64,000 nucleotides of DNA from sequence record NC_027364.1, one strand, 5' to 3'. This document shows positions 1 to 16,906 of the stretch, in pieces. Within the stretch, counting starts at the first letter, position 1; each line of letters begins with the position of its first letter. Under the pieces are notes generated by a model, which saw nothing but the letters and a program-made list of their open reading frames with translations, was not told the origin of the DNA and searched no databases. The position numbers were made by a program, and so were the translations under genes.

Positions 1-1672
<1,672 letters not shown>

Positions 1673-1683
1673 AAGTCTATATT

Positions 1684-2746
<1,063 letters not shown>

Positions 2747-2790
2747 GTAATAAAAGCTCCAATATGATTTTAATGTTTTGTTCGATAGTA

Positions 2791-2819
2791 ATTATAGGAT
2801 AGAACATTAGTTCTGTCAA
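2791..2819 (-). promoter_or_regulatory. consensus sigma70 promoter (TTGACA-N17-TATAAT) upstream of infC/clpS-like genes
   Basis: Minus strand reads TTGACA gaactaatgttctatcc TATAAT. Confidence 0.9.
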
Positions 2820-3010
2820 GCACTATCATTGTGTTTTTTAATTGCTTCACAGATTGCTTGAACTTGAACAAGATAAGTTTTTGCAAATTCTGCTTGGGTT
2901 CGCACACGGGGGTTCGGTGCGTCTTTGATCATAAGTTCTAGGTCATAAACTACCTTATCAAAAACTCCCTTGTCTTCAATAATACGATCATAAAATGTTT
3001 TGTCAGTCAT
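2816..3010 (-). CDS. hypothetical protein
   Basis: 64-aa ORF with GGAG RBS, in the operon direction. Confidence 0.6.
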   Translation of the reverse strand: MTDKTFYDRIIEDKGVFDKVVYDLELMIKDAPNPRVRTQAEFAKTYLVQVQAICEAIKKHNDSA

Positions 3011-3033
3011 GTCAAGAACTCCATGTTATAAAA

Positions 3034-3600
3034 TTATAATTTAACGTAAGATACTACAGATGCATCAGAAACAGAAGGAACATTAAGATACACGTTCTCA
3101 TACTCAATAAAATCAACAGTACTCGTAGTAAGAGCATTCTTGATACGTTGTATGGTTTTTTGTACAGTAATTTCTTCATTTTCTAGTGCATTAGTGCCAT
3201 TACCTTTCAATGAATCATTGATTAGTGTTTGGATAATCTCAGCAGCTTTTGCTGTTTTCATATCTTCAGTAGTTAGTGCTGCTTGTTCTGCAACACTCAA
3301 AGTACTAAGAAAAGGTTGATAACTAATATATCCAACGGTGATTGTTGCACCAGTTGGAATCGTTTTTGCAGTTCCTGGTGTAGCAAATTCAACATTGCTA
3401 TAAACTGGTACTGAATAAGTTGAAAGCAAACGAGAAAGTTGTAGGTAACGCAAAAGTGCAATTGACTTATCAATAGTTTGCTGGTCAGTCGGTGCGGTTG
3501 TTGGGGAAGATGAATCATAATCACCATACATATAATATGGGATATTATCTAGGTTCGTCCCTGCAACTTCAATTTTAAATACTTGTAGTAAATTGTTCAT
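3034..3600 (-). CDS. hypothetical, probable virion protein (start revised to MNNLL)
   Basis: GGAG RBS before ATG at 3600; ATAAATA late motif upstream; Thr/Ala-rich. Confidence 0.6.
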   Translation of the reverse strand: MNNLLQVFKIEVAGTNLDNIPYYMYGDYDSSSPTTAPTDQQTIDKSIALLRYLQLSRLLSTYSVPVYSNVEFATPGTAKTIPTGATITVGYISYQPFLSTLSVAEQAALTTEDMKTAKAAEIIQTLINDSLKGNGTNALENEEITVQKTIQRIKNALTTSTVDFIEYENVYLNVPSVSDASVVSYVKL

Positions 3601-3683
3601 TGTATATTCTTCTCCATAATACAAAACACTTTTGATTATTTATTATTAAAAATCAAAAATATTTACGTATAACATTTAGTCTT

Positions 3684-5048
3684 TTAGAATCGTGCATTTT
3701 GCCTCAACATAACACTATAGCGTGGGCGTGTCATGGCAGTGTATAAAATTCTACACTTAGTATCATTTGTACCAATACGTTCAATAAAATCAGTATCAAA
3801 CCAAATGTTATCAAAAGTACTTCCTTGTGATTTATGAACAGTGGTTGCATAAGGATAATTGATGATATGTAATTTGTTCTTAATTACATAGTAATCCTGC
3901 CACATATATGGTTTCTTTGTCAATGGATTTATTTCTTTTTTCTCAATATCCTTAACAAGTTTATCAAGTTTTTCGTCCATTGCAATTCTTGTTTCTGGTC
4001 CTACACCTAAAATATAACTACCATTAGGTAAACGGAATTGCCAACAATCTATTCCCATGAAACTTTCACGTTTTACTTCAGGACATTGTATAATTTGTTG
4101 TACTACATATGGACTATTCTCAGTTATGCTTTCAAAAACAATTGGCTCACCTTTAGTAAATTCATCTGGTACTTCAAATAGTTGACTTCTAATGTAGATA
4201 TTAGCCAAATTAACTCTATAGTTAGTATATGCTAAGATTTTATTTTCATTTACGAAATCAAATATTTTTTTAGATGACCCCTTGTTTTCCATAATGAATT
4301 CACGATAAACATTCAAAAACAAATCTTCATCATCAATAGGTGTAATAGTGCTTAAACCATATGTTTGGTGCATAATATCAAATGGATTTTTACTAGTTCC
4401 AATACACTCACGAATAGCAGTTGCAACTGCCAGAATCGGATTATCTAATGCTTGTCGTAAAACCTCAGTTAACTCATATTGAACAGGTACATCAAACGTA
4501 GGAGACAATTTAGTCTCGCCCATTGTTCCTTCTGACTCAACTGGAGGCAATTGACAACGATCACCAATGAATAAAACTGCTCGACGGACACGCCACAATT
4601 GGTCTTGTATGTGCTGGAATAGTTCATCTGAAATCATACTACACTCATCAACAATAAGAATGTCAACGTTAGTATTACTAACTTTACTTTGTGGATCATG
4701 CTTCAGTACTTGACGATTCTTTTCATATACTAATTTTAATCCTAAAAAAGAGTGTATAGTACTAACTTGTGCATCTTCCTTAGTAAGACCAGCATTATTA
4801 ATTAGCATATTACGAATAACAGCATTGGCTTTATGTGTAGGTGAAGTTACTGCAATATTATAATTTTTACATAGTGCTTTTACAATCTCAGCAGTAGTGA
4901 ATGTTTTTCCAGTTCCTGCTGGTGCAGATAAAACTGAAATTGTTTTACCTGCATAGTTGTAAACACGATCTATAAAATCATCAAAGATTTCTTGTTGCTT
5001 ATCCGTAAGCTTAATTTTACTCATCATTCCCTCGACTGATTTATACAT
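3684..5048 (-). CDS. dda: Dda-like SF1B DNA helicase
   Basis: Walker A APAGTGKT, TSPTHKA, LIVDECSM, FIGDRCQLPPV, LTEVLRQ, YATTVHKSQGSTF, LYTAMTR; true start probably near 5027. Confidence 0.85.
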   Translation of the reverse strand: MYKSVEGMMSKIKLTDKQQEIFDDFIDRVYNYAGKTISVLSAPAGTGKTFTTAEIVKALCKNYNIAVTSPTHKANAVIRNMLINNAGLTKEDAQVSTIHSFLGLKLVYEKNRQVLKHDPQSKVSNTNVDILIVDECSMISDELFQHIQDQLWRVRRAVLFIGDRCQLPPVESEGTMGETKLSPTFDVPVQYELTEVLRQALDNPILAVATAIRECIGTSKNPFDIMHQTYGLSTITPIDDEDLFLNVYREFIMENKGSSKKIFDFVNENKILAYTNYRVNLANIYIRSQLFEVPDEFTKGEPIVFESITENSPYVVQQIIQCPEVKRESFMGIDCWQFRLPNGSYILGVGPETRIAMDEKLDKLVKDIEKKEINPLTKKPYMWQDYYVIKNKLHIINYPYATTVHKSQGSTFDNIWFDTDFIERIGTNDTKCRILYTAMTRPRYSVMLRQNARF

Positions 5049-5054
5049 TTCAAG

Positions 5055-6357
<1,303 letters not shown>

Positions 6358-6442
6358 ATTACTTCTTTCTCCATATAAACTATGTAAAACGTAAAATTGG
6401 GTAAATACTTTATAAAAATAACAATAAGATTGGAGATTAACA

Positions 6443-7845
<1,403 letters not shown>

Positions 7846-7848
7846 AAT

Positions 7849-7879
7849 AAAAGGAGCAACATTTTGTTGCTCCTTTTTT
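7849..7879. terminator. bidirectional intrinsic terminator
   Basis: AAAAGGAGCAAC-atttt-GTTGCTCCTTTTTT between convergent genes. Confidence 0.9.
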
Positions 7880-7880
7880 A

Positions 7881-9481
<1,601 letters not shown>

Positions 9482-9500
9482 ATATTATACCCATAAGAAA

Positions 9501-9519
9501 AGGGATTCATAGAATCCCT
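9501..9519 (-). terminator. intrinsic terminator after nrdB
   Basis: AGGGATTC/GAATCCCT stem followed by TTTTCTT on minus strand. Confidence 0.75.
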
Positions 9520-9531
9520 GTTAGTTTGAAT

Positions 9532-10656
9532 TTATAGTTTGAATGGTGTGAATGTATCTACTTGGATATCATTCACAATACCACCAATGATATAAGAACT
9601 TATTTCAGTTTCTTGTGGTGCAACTTGTACTGAACCACCACTAACCCAATGCTCAGTCCAAGGTAGTGGGTTACTCTTAGATACGGTATATGGACATTTA
9701 ATTCCTAGTGCAGTCATACGCTTAGAACCAATCCAACGAACATATTGTTTTAGGATTTCTGCATTCAGCCCAATGATTGAACCATCTTTAAAGAGGAAGT
9801 CTGCCCAAGCTTCTTCTTGACGGATAGCAGACATAAACATTTCCAGTACTTCATCATAACACTCTTCTGCTATTTTTACCATATCTGGATCTTCTTTTTT
9901 CAGAAGACGTAGAATCATTTGGGTTGCTGCTAGGTGTAGGTTTTCATCACGACAGATTAGACGGATAATCTTAGCATTACCTTCCATTAGATTGTTTTCA
10001 GCAAACGCCCAAGAACACGCAAAGCTTGCATAAAAACGAACACCTTCAAGAATGTTAATACTATTCAGACACAACCAAAGTTTTTTCTTTAGTTCGTACA
10101 AACTAATTTCAACTGTTTCACCATTGATTGTATGTGTCCCAACGCCCAATGCACGGTATAAAGTTCCTAATACATCAAGTTCATCGTAGTATTTGGAAAC
10201 ATCAGCCGCACAATCTGTGATTTCTGGAATGTCCAACATAGTATCAAATACTTCAGATGGATTAGGATAAATGTTACGAATAATGTGAGTGTATGATTTG
10301 CTATGAATCGCACCTTCAAAGAATGCCCATGTCTCTATAAAGTTCTCTAGTTCAGGTAGAGATGCATATGGAAGTAACATTAGGTTTGGACCACGACCTT
10401 GTACGGAATCAAGAAGAATTTGACGTTTCAAGTTAGAGGTAAAAATGTGCTTCTCGGAATCATTAAGGTTGGCAAAATCAATTTTATCTTTAGATACGTC
10501 AACTTCACCAGGAGTCCAGAAGAAACTTTTCTGTTGCTCTGTTAGTTTTTCAAGTGTAGAGTATTTGTTACTTTCAAAGCGTTGGATATCAACACTTTCA
10601 TCAAAAAACATATTTTTTTCTAGGTGAGACTTCTCGTTAATTTTGAAAACTGACAT
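9532..10656 (-). CDS. nrdB: ribonucleotide reductase class Ia beta subunit
   Basis: FFWTPGEV, LLDSVQGRG, EGAIHSKSY, ILEGVRFYASF, RDENLH, APQETEISSY. Confidence 0.97.
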   Translation of the reverse strand: MSVFKINEKSHLEKNMFFDESVDIQRFESNKYSTLEKLTEQQKSFFWTPGEVDVSKDKIDFANLNDSEKHIFTSNLKRQILLDSVQGRGPNLMLLPYASLPELENFIETWAFFEGAIHSKSYTHIIRNIYPNPSEVFDTMLDIPEITDCAADVSKYYDELDVLGTLYRALGVGTHTINGETVEISLYELKKKLWLCLNSINILEGVRFYASFACSWAFAENNLMEGNAKIIRLICRDENLHLAATQMILRLLKKEDPDMVKIAEECYDEVLEMFMSAIRQEEAWADFLFKDGSIIGLNAEILKQYVRWIGSKRMTALGIKCPYTVSKSNPLPWTEHWVSGGSVQVAPQETEISSYIIGGIVNDIQVDTFTPFKL

Positions 10657-10686
10657 ATATATTCCTTTATATATTTTGAAATAATA

Positions 10687-10704
10687 ATCCCGCCGAAGCG
10701 GGAT
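10687..10704 (-). promoter_or_regulatory. c(UUCG)g tetraloop hairpin between nrdA and nrdB
   Basis: Minus strand ATCCCGC TTCG GCGGGAT followed by TATTATT. Confidence 0.7.
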
Positions 10705-10710
10705 CTTAAA

Positions 10711-13029
10711 TTAGATTTTACAACTATCACAATCACCTTCATCCAAATCAGGAAGTGATGGTAATACAAATTGTCCAGATTCTGGTTTGGCAGCTTCTTT
10801 CAGTACTTTTTCAACGTCTACTTCATCTGAACCATCATTTGTATTATGATAATAAAGATTTTTCAAACCAACTTTATATGCATACATAAGTTCAGTTAGA
10901 AGAGTTGACATTGGTAACTTACCATCAGGGAAGTGTATTGGGTTATAACTAGTATTAACACTGATACTTTGGTCAATGTATTTTTGTAGAACACCACAGA
11001 TTTGTAGATAACCAATGTTATCTTTCTGATCCCATAGTAAATCATATTTGTTTTTCAACTTATTGATTTCTGGAACTACTTGTTTAAGAATACCATCCTT
11101 AGATAGTTTCTTCGTTACAAGAGAACGTGGCTTTTCAATACCGTTAGTACTGTTACTGATTTGTGCACTTGTTTCTGCTGGCATTAATGCCATTGTTGTT
11201 GCGTTACGAATACCATATTCTTTGATATCGGCACGTAAGGATTCCCAATCTTGTTTTAGTTCTTTAGTTACTAATTCATCAATGTCCGATTTATAAGTAT
11301 CGATTGGAAGGATACCTTTGGCATATTTTAGATTATCAAATCCTTCACACTTACCTTTCTCTTTAGCAAGCTGTACAGAAGATTTAATTAGATAGTAAGA
11401 CCATGCCTCGGCCCACTCGTTAACTGTTTCTAGTGCTGCTTCATTATAACGTAAACCACGTTTAGCAAGGAAGTATGCAAAGTTAATAATACCAACACCT
11501 AGTGGACGATACATTTTTGTAGCACGGTCAGCATGAACTACTGGGTAGTCTTGATAGTCTAATAGAGAATCAAGAGCACGAACAGAAAGATCACATGCCG
11601 TTTCCATATCTTCTGGACGGTCAAAGTTACCCCAGTTGATTGCACTCAATGTACATAAACTAATCAAACCTTCCCCAGTATTAATGTCATCAAATGGCAC
11701 AGATGGTAGTGCGATTTCTTGACACAAGTTGGATTGTTCAATAGGTGCAATAGATTCAATAAATGTTGAATGAGTGTTTGCATGGTCAATATTTTGAATA
11801 TAGATACGCCCAGTTTCAGCACGCTCAGTCATTAAAGTACTGAATACTTCAACAGCAGGTACGGATTTTTTACGGATGCTTTGGTCAGCTTCGTATTTTT
11901 TATATAACTTTTCAAATTCTTTTTGATCAGAGCAGAATGCTTCATATAGCCCAGGGACTTCATTAGGACTAAAGAATGTAATATTCTTTCCATCAACCAA
12001 ACGTTGATACAAAGTTTTGTTTACTTGGAAACAATAGTCCAGTTGACGCACACGGTTAAACTCAGTACCTTTGTTATTTTTAAGGACTACCAAGTTATCA
12101 AATTCCAAATGCCACAATGGGAAGTGAACAGTTGCTGCACCACCACGAACACCACCTTGTGAACAGCTTTTAACAGTCTTAGCAGTAGCTGCAATGAACG
12201 GAATCAGCCCAGTGTGTACTGCATCACCTGAACGAATCTCGGAGTCCAGAGCACGAATGCGGCCCATATTAATACCAAGACCAGCTTTACGTGAAATATA
12301 ACGTAGAATAGCGTGGTTAGAGGAACCAATACTATCCAAGCTGTCACCAACGTTTAGTACTACACAAGAGCTAAACTGACGTGTATTTGTACGTAGACCA
12401 GCCATAATAGGCGTAGGAAGACTAATGTCAAAGTTACTTACTGCATCATAAAACTTTTTAACATATGACATACGAACAGAACGATCATACTCCATAAAGA
12501 TGATTGCTGCAATAGTCATATATGCCATTTGTGGAGTTTCATAAATTTTCTTAGTAACGCGATTTTTGTAAAGGTATTTTCCTTCCCATTGACGCATTGC
12601 AACATAAGTAAATTTATCGTCACGTTTATGTTTGATATAACGTCCAAGCTCTTCTATTTCTTGAAGAGTATATTTCTCAAGAATTTCAGGATCATATATT
12701 TTGGTATCAACCATTTCTTGAAGATGAGCAGTATATTTAATTGGGTCATACTGCCCATATACTTGCTTACGAATACTATAGTTTAATAGTCTTCCAGCAA
12801 CATATTGGTAATTAGGTGTATCTTCTGAAATAAGTTCTGCTGCTGCTTTAATAAGAATATCATGAATAGTACTAGTTTCAATACCTTCATAAAACTGAAG
12901 CTGTGCTCGGATTTCAATTTCAGAAACTGAAATACCACTTAAACCTTCAGCAGCGAAAAATAAAATTTGATGGATCTTATCCAATGATAACGGCTCTTTC
13001 ATTCCATTACGCTTGGTTACGTTAATCAT
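10711..13029 (-). CDS. nrdA: ribonucleotide reductase class Ia alpha subunit with ATP cone
   Basis: VTKRNG ATP cone, FSSCV, SQGGVRGG, QSNLCQEI, LCTLSA, C-terminal CDSC. Confidence 0.97.
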   Translation of the reverse strand: MINVTKRNGMKEPLSLDKIHQILFFAAEGLSGISVSEIEIRAQLQFYEGIETSTIHDILIKAAAELISEDTPNYQYVAGRLLNYSIRKQVYGQYDPIKYTAHLQEMVDTKIYDPEILEKYTLQEIEELGRYIKHKRDDKFTYVAMRQWEGKYLYKNRVTKKIYETPQMAYMTIAAIIFMEYDRSVRMSYVKKFYDAVSNFDISLPTPIMAGLRTNTRQFSSCVVLNVGDSLDSIGSSNHAILRYISRKAGLGINMGRIRALDSEIRSGDAVHTGLIPFIAATAKTVKSCSQGGVRGGAATVHFPLWHLEFDNLVVLKNNKGTEFNRVRQLDYCFQVNKTLYQRLVDGKNITFFSPNEVPGLYEAFCSDQKEFEKLYKKYEADQSIRKKSVPAVEVFSTLMTERAETGRIYIQNIDHANTHSTFIESIAPIEQSNLCQEIALPSVPFDDINTGEGLISLCTLSAINWGNFDRPEDMETACDLSVRALDSLLDYQDYPVVHADRATKMYRPLGVGIINFAYFLAKRGLRYNEAALETVNEWAEAWSYYLIKSSVQLAKEKGKCEGFDNLKYAKGILPIDTYKSDIDELVTKELKQDWESLRADIKEYGIRNATTMALMPAETSAQISNSTNGIEKPRSLVTKKLSKDGILKQVVPEINKLKNKYDLLWDQKDNIGYLQICGVLQKYIDQSISVNTSYNPIHFPDGKLPMSTLLTELMYAYKVGLKNLYYHNTNDGSDEVDVEKVLKEAAKPESGQFVLPSLPDLDEGDCDSCKI

Positions 13030-13075
13030 GTGTCATCCTTGTTTTTTGATGTAAATTTCTTTTTTTAGTGGAAGA

Positions 13076-13094
13076 AAAAGGCGGGACGCCTTTT
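13076..13094 (-). terminator. intrinsic terminator upstream of nrdA
   Basis: AAAAGGCG-gga-CGCCTTTT inverted repeat with T-rich tail on minus strand. Confidence 0.65.
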
Positions 13095-13674
13095 AAGGTT
13101 TGTCCCACCCACGATATACAAATTCTATATGATATCCTGAATTTAAATAATCCGAGTTAACTATGTTAAATTGCATATTTCCAGTTGTAGAATCATATGC
13201 AGGATCTTCAAATGAGATAGAAATAATTGCGTCAGTTCTATTTGTATTATTTGACTGTGCAATCATCGTGTTTGTACCAGCAGCTACAATTTGAATAGTT
13301 CCTGATTCCAAAACCGTTTCGGTATCATCATATGCAATATAATCGATGAATACTCTACTTTCACTTTCAAGAATAACTTCTATACTTTCTTGATTTTGTG
13401 GAAGATCAACTTTAAACGGTCTGTTAATTATTTTTGATACCGTTCTCCACGGTGAAAATTCTGTAATTATTTCTACGTTTTCTTTACCTGAATTTGGATC
13501 AGTAGTCCAAGTTCTACCTGCAACTAAGCTGGCGGGGTCAGATGATGATGGAAGGCCAATAAAAACACGACCCACATCAGTACTGAATCCTATCTGACCT
13601 TTTTCTAATGCATCAGGTAAGTCTCTCTGTTTACCAGTTCTTACTTGTTGTAAAGCAATTTGTTGTTGTGCCAT
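13093..13674 (-). CDS. virion structural protein with Mtd-N-like N-terminal motif
   Basis: QVRTGKQRDLPDALEKGQIGFSTDVGRVFIG motif is typical of phage fibre/structural N-termini; late TAAATA motif upstream. Confidence 0.55.
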   Translation of the reverse strand: MAQQQIALQQVRTGKQRDLPDALEKGQIGFSTDVGRVFIGLPSSSDPASLVAGRTWTTDPNSGKENVEIITEFSPWRTVSKIINRPFKVDLPQNQESIEVILESESRVFIDYIAYDDTETVLESGTIQIVAAGTNTMIAQSNNTNRTDAIISISFEDPAYDSTTGNMQFNIVNSDYLNSGYHIEFVYRGWDKP

Positions 13675-13702
13675 AAAAACTATCTCCTATAGTATTATAG
13701 GA

Positions 13703-14275
13703 TTATTTAGCTTTTTCTTTAACTTCCGCAATACGCTCATTAATTAGTTGAGATACAACTGAGCTATCTACAGAAGATAAAATTTGTTCTGGTACTAAAG
13801 ATTTTAAATGTTTAACATAGTTGGAAACACTTTTAAATTCTTTAGTCTGTAATGCTTCTTTGATAATGTCCAAATCTTCTTTAGATGAAACAACACGCTC
13901 AATAACGACTTCATCTTCTTCCAATTCAGGAGCAAGTTCTTCTGCAATAATTTCAACTTCTTCAGAAACTTTAACTTGTTCTTCACTATCAACAACATAC
14001 TCTTGGATAACTTCTGGTGGTACATTGCGTGATACTTCATCAACACTAATATCTTGTGCAATTTGTTCTTTAATTTCTTCAACAGGTTTAGCACCACGTT
14101 GTTTATAATCTTTGATATTTAGAATTAGCTTATTTGATAAATCAAGTTTATCAATCTCTTCTTCACTAAGTTTAATTACTTCTTCTAAATCATAACCTTT
14201 ACTTACTAGTGCACGAATTGTATATAGATCTTGTTTCATTTTTTTATGCTGCTCCATTTGATTCAATTTCTCCAC
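13703..14275 (-). CDS. hypothetical acidic protein
   Basis: 190-aa Glu-rich ORF. Confidence 0.6.
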   Translation of the reverse strand: MEKLNQMEQHKKMKQDLYTIRALVSKGYDLEEVIKLSEEEIDKLDLSNKLILNIKDYKQRGAKPVEEIKEQIAQDISVDEVSRNVPPEVIQEYVVDSEEQVKVSEEVEIIAEELAPELEEDEVVIERVVSSKEDLDIIKEALQTKEFKSVSNYVKHLKSLVPEQILSSVDSSVVSQLINERIAEVKEKAK

Positions 14276-14963
14276 GTAAAATATAGTATTGTTCTACACG
14301 TTCAATCCACATATTGACTGCATCTTTGAAGTCTTGACCTTCTATGACAAACTCTTGATATTGTAGATTGTTAGGATCTTTTCTTACACAGATGAAAATC
14401 ACACCACGTTCTATATTAGTACCAAACATTTGATTATGGGCTAATGCATATGCTGCAATTTGCATACGATAATTTTCGATTTGTCCCCACTTCTTAACTT
14501 TACGGGAATTTTTATAATCCATAATGGTTGGGATTCCATCATGAACACCTACTAAATCAGTTGTTCCGGCCCATAAACCTTCATAGTACAATGGGACTTC
14601 CTGTCCCCATACTTCATTAATTCTAGGCCATGCTTCTTGCTGAATTTTGTCAGCCATTCTACGTGCAAGAACTCGAATTGGCATACCGCCTTCATGGTCT
14701 GGCTTTCCTTCCAATCTAAATTCCAAGTTCTCATGCATAAAAGTACCAACTGTACATGCTTCTAATGTAATCTCATTAGCCTTTTCTTCACCAACAAATT
14801 CTCTCCATTTCTTTAAACCTTCGTCATTCGAGGTCGCACTTAGAATTGTTGTTACTGACGGCAGATTACCTGTTGGAGTTGAATAAAGGCGACCTTCTGG
14901 GCCGCCTTCAATTCTATTGTAACCAACATATGTATATCTGCTAACAATTGGTGGTGTGTACAT
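14244..14963 (-). CDS. PD-(D/E)XK exonuclease
   Basis: LPSVTTIL, GTFMH, EVPLY, AGTTDL, MDYK, YRMQIAAY motifs. Confidence 0.85.
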   Translation of the reverse strand: MYTPPIVSRYTYVGYNRIEGGPEGRLYSTPTGNLPSVTTILSATSNDEGLKKWREFVGEEKANEITLEACTVGTFMHENLEFRLEGKPDHEGGMPIRVLARRMADKIQQEAWPRINEVWGQEVPLYYEGLWAGTTDLVGVHDGIPTIMDYKNSRKVKKWGQIENYRMQIAAYALAHNQMFGTNIERGVIFICVRKDPNNLQYQEFVIEGQDFKDAVNMWIERVEQYYILRGEIESNGAA

Positions 14964-14976
14964 CCGTGTACTCCTA

Positions 14977-15005
14977 ATTATAGCATTATATTTTAATTTG
15001 TCTCA
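14977..15005 (-). promoter_or_regulatory. TGRGAC-class promoter upstream of exonuclease
   Basis: TGAGAC aaattaaaatataatgc TATAAT. Confidence 0.8.
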
Positions 15006-15338
15006 GTTTTTTTGTTTATTTGCTGTCACAGCAGCTTTTGTGGCCCAATCTTCAACTTGCTCTTCAGAATCTTGCTCGACTTCTTCTGAACCTTCTGCTG
15101 AATTTCCTGCAAAAGTTACAACATCAGAATTAGCATCCTGTACAAAAGGAAGGGAATTCAAAATGTCCATCATTACATTGTATGGAACATCGATGTTGGT
15201 TCTCTTTTTAATTTCAGAAATCAAAGATTGAACATTTACTTCTTCTCGACCCGTGGACACTAAAGACAACGCAATAGTAGTAATCATATTGCGTATATCT
15301 TTACCAGGAGCCTCTTCAGTAAGATCACGAAATCTCAT
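15003..15338 (-). CDS. hypothetical protein, probable internal head protein
   Basis: N-terminus MRFRDLTEE; lies in a late cluster. Confidence 0.6.
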   Translation of the reverse strand: MRFRDLTEEAPGKDIRNMITTIALSLVSTGREEVNVQSLISEIKKRTNIDVPYNVMMDILNSLPFVQDANSDVVTFAGNSAEGSEEVEQDSEEQVEDWATKAAVTANKQKN

Positions 15339-15354
15339 GTAGAATTGTCCTTAA

Positions 15355-16011
15355 TTATTTTTTAACGTATCCTAGAACACGTTTAACTTTCTTTTCATTC
15401 TCAGAAAGCCATGTTTTCATTTCTTCTTTTGAACTAAAGTATTTAGTACCCACAGTTCCGCGAATACTTTCCATTTTTACACCAACTTTACTTGGTTTAA
15501 CAGATTCTTTCATTTCACGTTCAGTTGGTACTGGCTCAGAGATAATGTCTTCTTCAAAGTCTGCGTCTGCATCCATATCAAAAGTTGGGGTATCTGCTGC
15601 AATATCAATATCAACATCTTCACTTCCAATATCAGAAACATCTGGACCGTCAGTGATATCACCAGTTAGTTTAAGTGTTTCAGTACTGATTTTGTCTTTT
15701 ACATCCATTAAGGTAGTAACTGCATGTTGTAGTAGATGGCGAACATTATCACTAAAATTTTGTGCAGCATCTAGACCTTGCTCGGCTTTAATACGGTCAA
15801 GTAGTGGGCCTAGTACGTCAACACCCATGTTGTTAATAACCTCAGATTGACGTTGGAGTTTATCCACAATCTCACCTTTTACTGAAAGAACAATTTCTGC
15901 TTTTTCAATATTAGATTCATTTAGTTGAATAAACTTCATAGCTTCTGCACGAGAAGCTGCTTCCATTAGTTTTTTATATTTTGACATTTGTATTTCCTTA
16001 TAAAATATCAC
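15355..16011 (-). CDS. hypothetical acidic protein, probable head protein
   Basis: 218-aa ORF with LNES/MKES motifs; real start probably MSKYK. Confidence 0.6.
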   Translation of the reverse strand: MIFYKEIQMSKYKKLMEAASRAEAMKFIQLNESNIEKAEIVLSVKGEIVDKLQRQSEVINNMGVDVLGPLLDRIKAEQGLDAAQNFSDNVRHLLQHAVTTLMDVKDKISTETLKLTGDITDGPDVSDIGSEDVDIDIAADTPTFDMDADADFEEDIISEPVPTEREMKESVKPSKVGVKMESIRGTVGTKYFSSKEEMKTWLSENEKKVKRVLGYVKK

Positions 16012-16019
16012 TCATTTAT

Positions 16020-16691
16020 TTACTTTATATAACCTTCGCCTTTTAGAAAGTTTAATACACGCTCTTTTAATTTATACGCTTCAGCTTTCTTTTCTGCAAT
16101 AATTATATCTAAATCTTTTGCTTCATCATACTTCGATTCATTAAGTACGCGTTGACGTTTCTGGGCTGCTTTCAATGCTTCACTAATCACATTCGTGTAT
16201 TGAAGACCCGAACTGATTATACCAAGTACTTTTGCATCTGTCAACATTCTTCCTTCATTGAGAAGATTAACTAATGTAAGTGCTGCTTCATACATCATAA
16301 TATTATTCATGATAATTTGTGAACTATGATTACACTTAATGCTATAAACTTTAGTAGATTTAGTACCTTGTACTTTTTCTTCCACTAAACTCCAATTAGT
16401 TTTTGGTTTAATAGGTGCTTGTGATGGTCGTGGCGAAGGTACTGGTGAATTCCCTGATAAATGTTCATTATACGGAGAATTGTATTGAACCATATGTGGA
16501 TGTTGTGGTTCACCATAATCCATACCTGCTTCATTTAATGAAGTTAAAATAGAAGCCATAGCACCGATATCACCACCAGTTTTATATGGAACTCCCGATG
16601 CGTTATGTGTTTCACCAGCTTCAATGTCATTCAATCCACTTAACAAATCAGCCATCTGATTAACTGATTGTTGATCATATTCGTAATTCAT
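16020..16691 (-). CDS. hypothetical protein
   Basis: 223-aa ORF overlapping the upstream gene. Confidence 0.6.
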   Translation of the reverse strand: MNYEYDQQSVNQMADLLSGLNDIEAGETHNASGVPYKTGGDIGAMASILTSLNEAGMDYGEPQHPHMVQYNSPYNEHLSGNSPVPSPRPSQAPIKPKTNWSLVEEKVQGTKSTKVYSIKCNHSSQIIMNNIMMYEAALTLVNLLNEGRMLTDAKVLGIISSGLQYTNVISEALKAAQKRQRVLNESKYDEAKDLDIIIAEKKAEAYKLKERVLNFLKGEGYIK

Positions 16692-16906
16692 TTACTACTC
16701 CTAACTGTTTGGTAAGATTCAGTACCGTCATCATTTTCTATTTTATTTAGAACACCACGTGATACCATCTTATCAGCTAATTCCTGATAATATTCATTTA
16801 CCTTTTCAACTGGAACAGTACCGCGTGCTTTTATCTTTTGTAATAGTTTATATTCTTCATTAGAAACCATTGTATTGTGACCATGCACATTTAGTACTGT
16901 TCTCAT
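16688..16906 (-). CDS. hypothetical protein (possible small winged helix)
   Basis: 72-aa ORF, LADKMVSRGVLNKI. Confidence 0.55.
   Translation of the reverse strand: MRTVLNVHGHNTMVSNEEYKLLQKIKARGTVPVEKVNEYYQELADKMVSRGVLNKIENDDGTESYQTVRSSK

Noticed and set aside
13093-13674. Mtd-like N-terminal motif suggesting a diversity-generating retroelement
   Set aside because: No reverse transcriptase and no template/variable repeat pair in the window; the motif is common in structural proteins.
14244-14963. Cas4-like appearance of the PD-(D/E)XK nuclease
   Set aside because: No Fe-S cysteine cluster and no cas genes or array; it matches the ordinary T4-like exonuclease.
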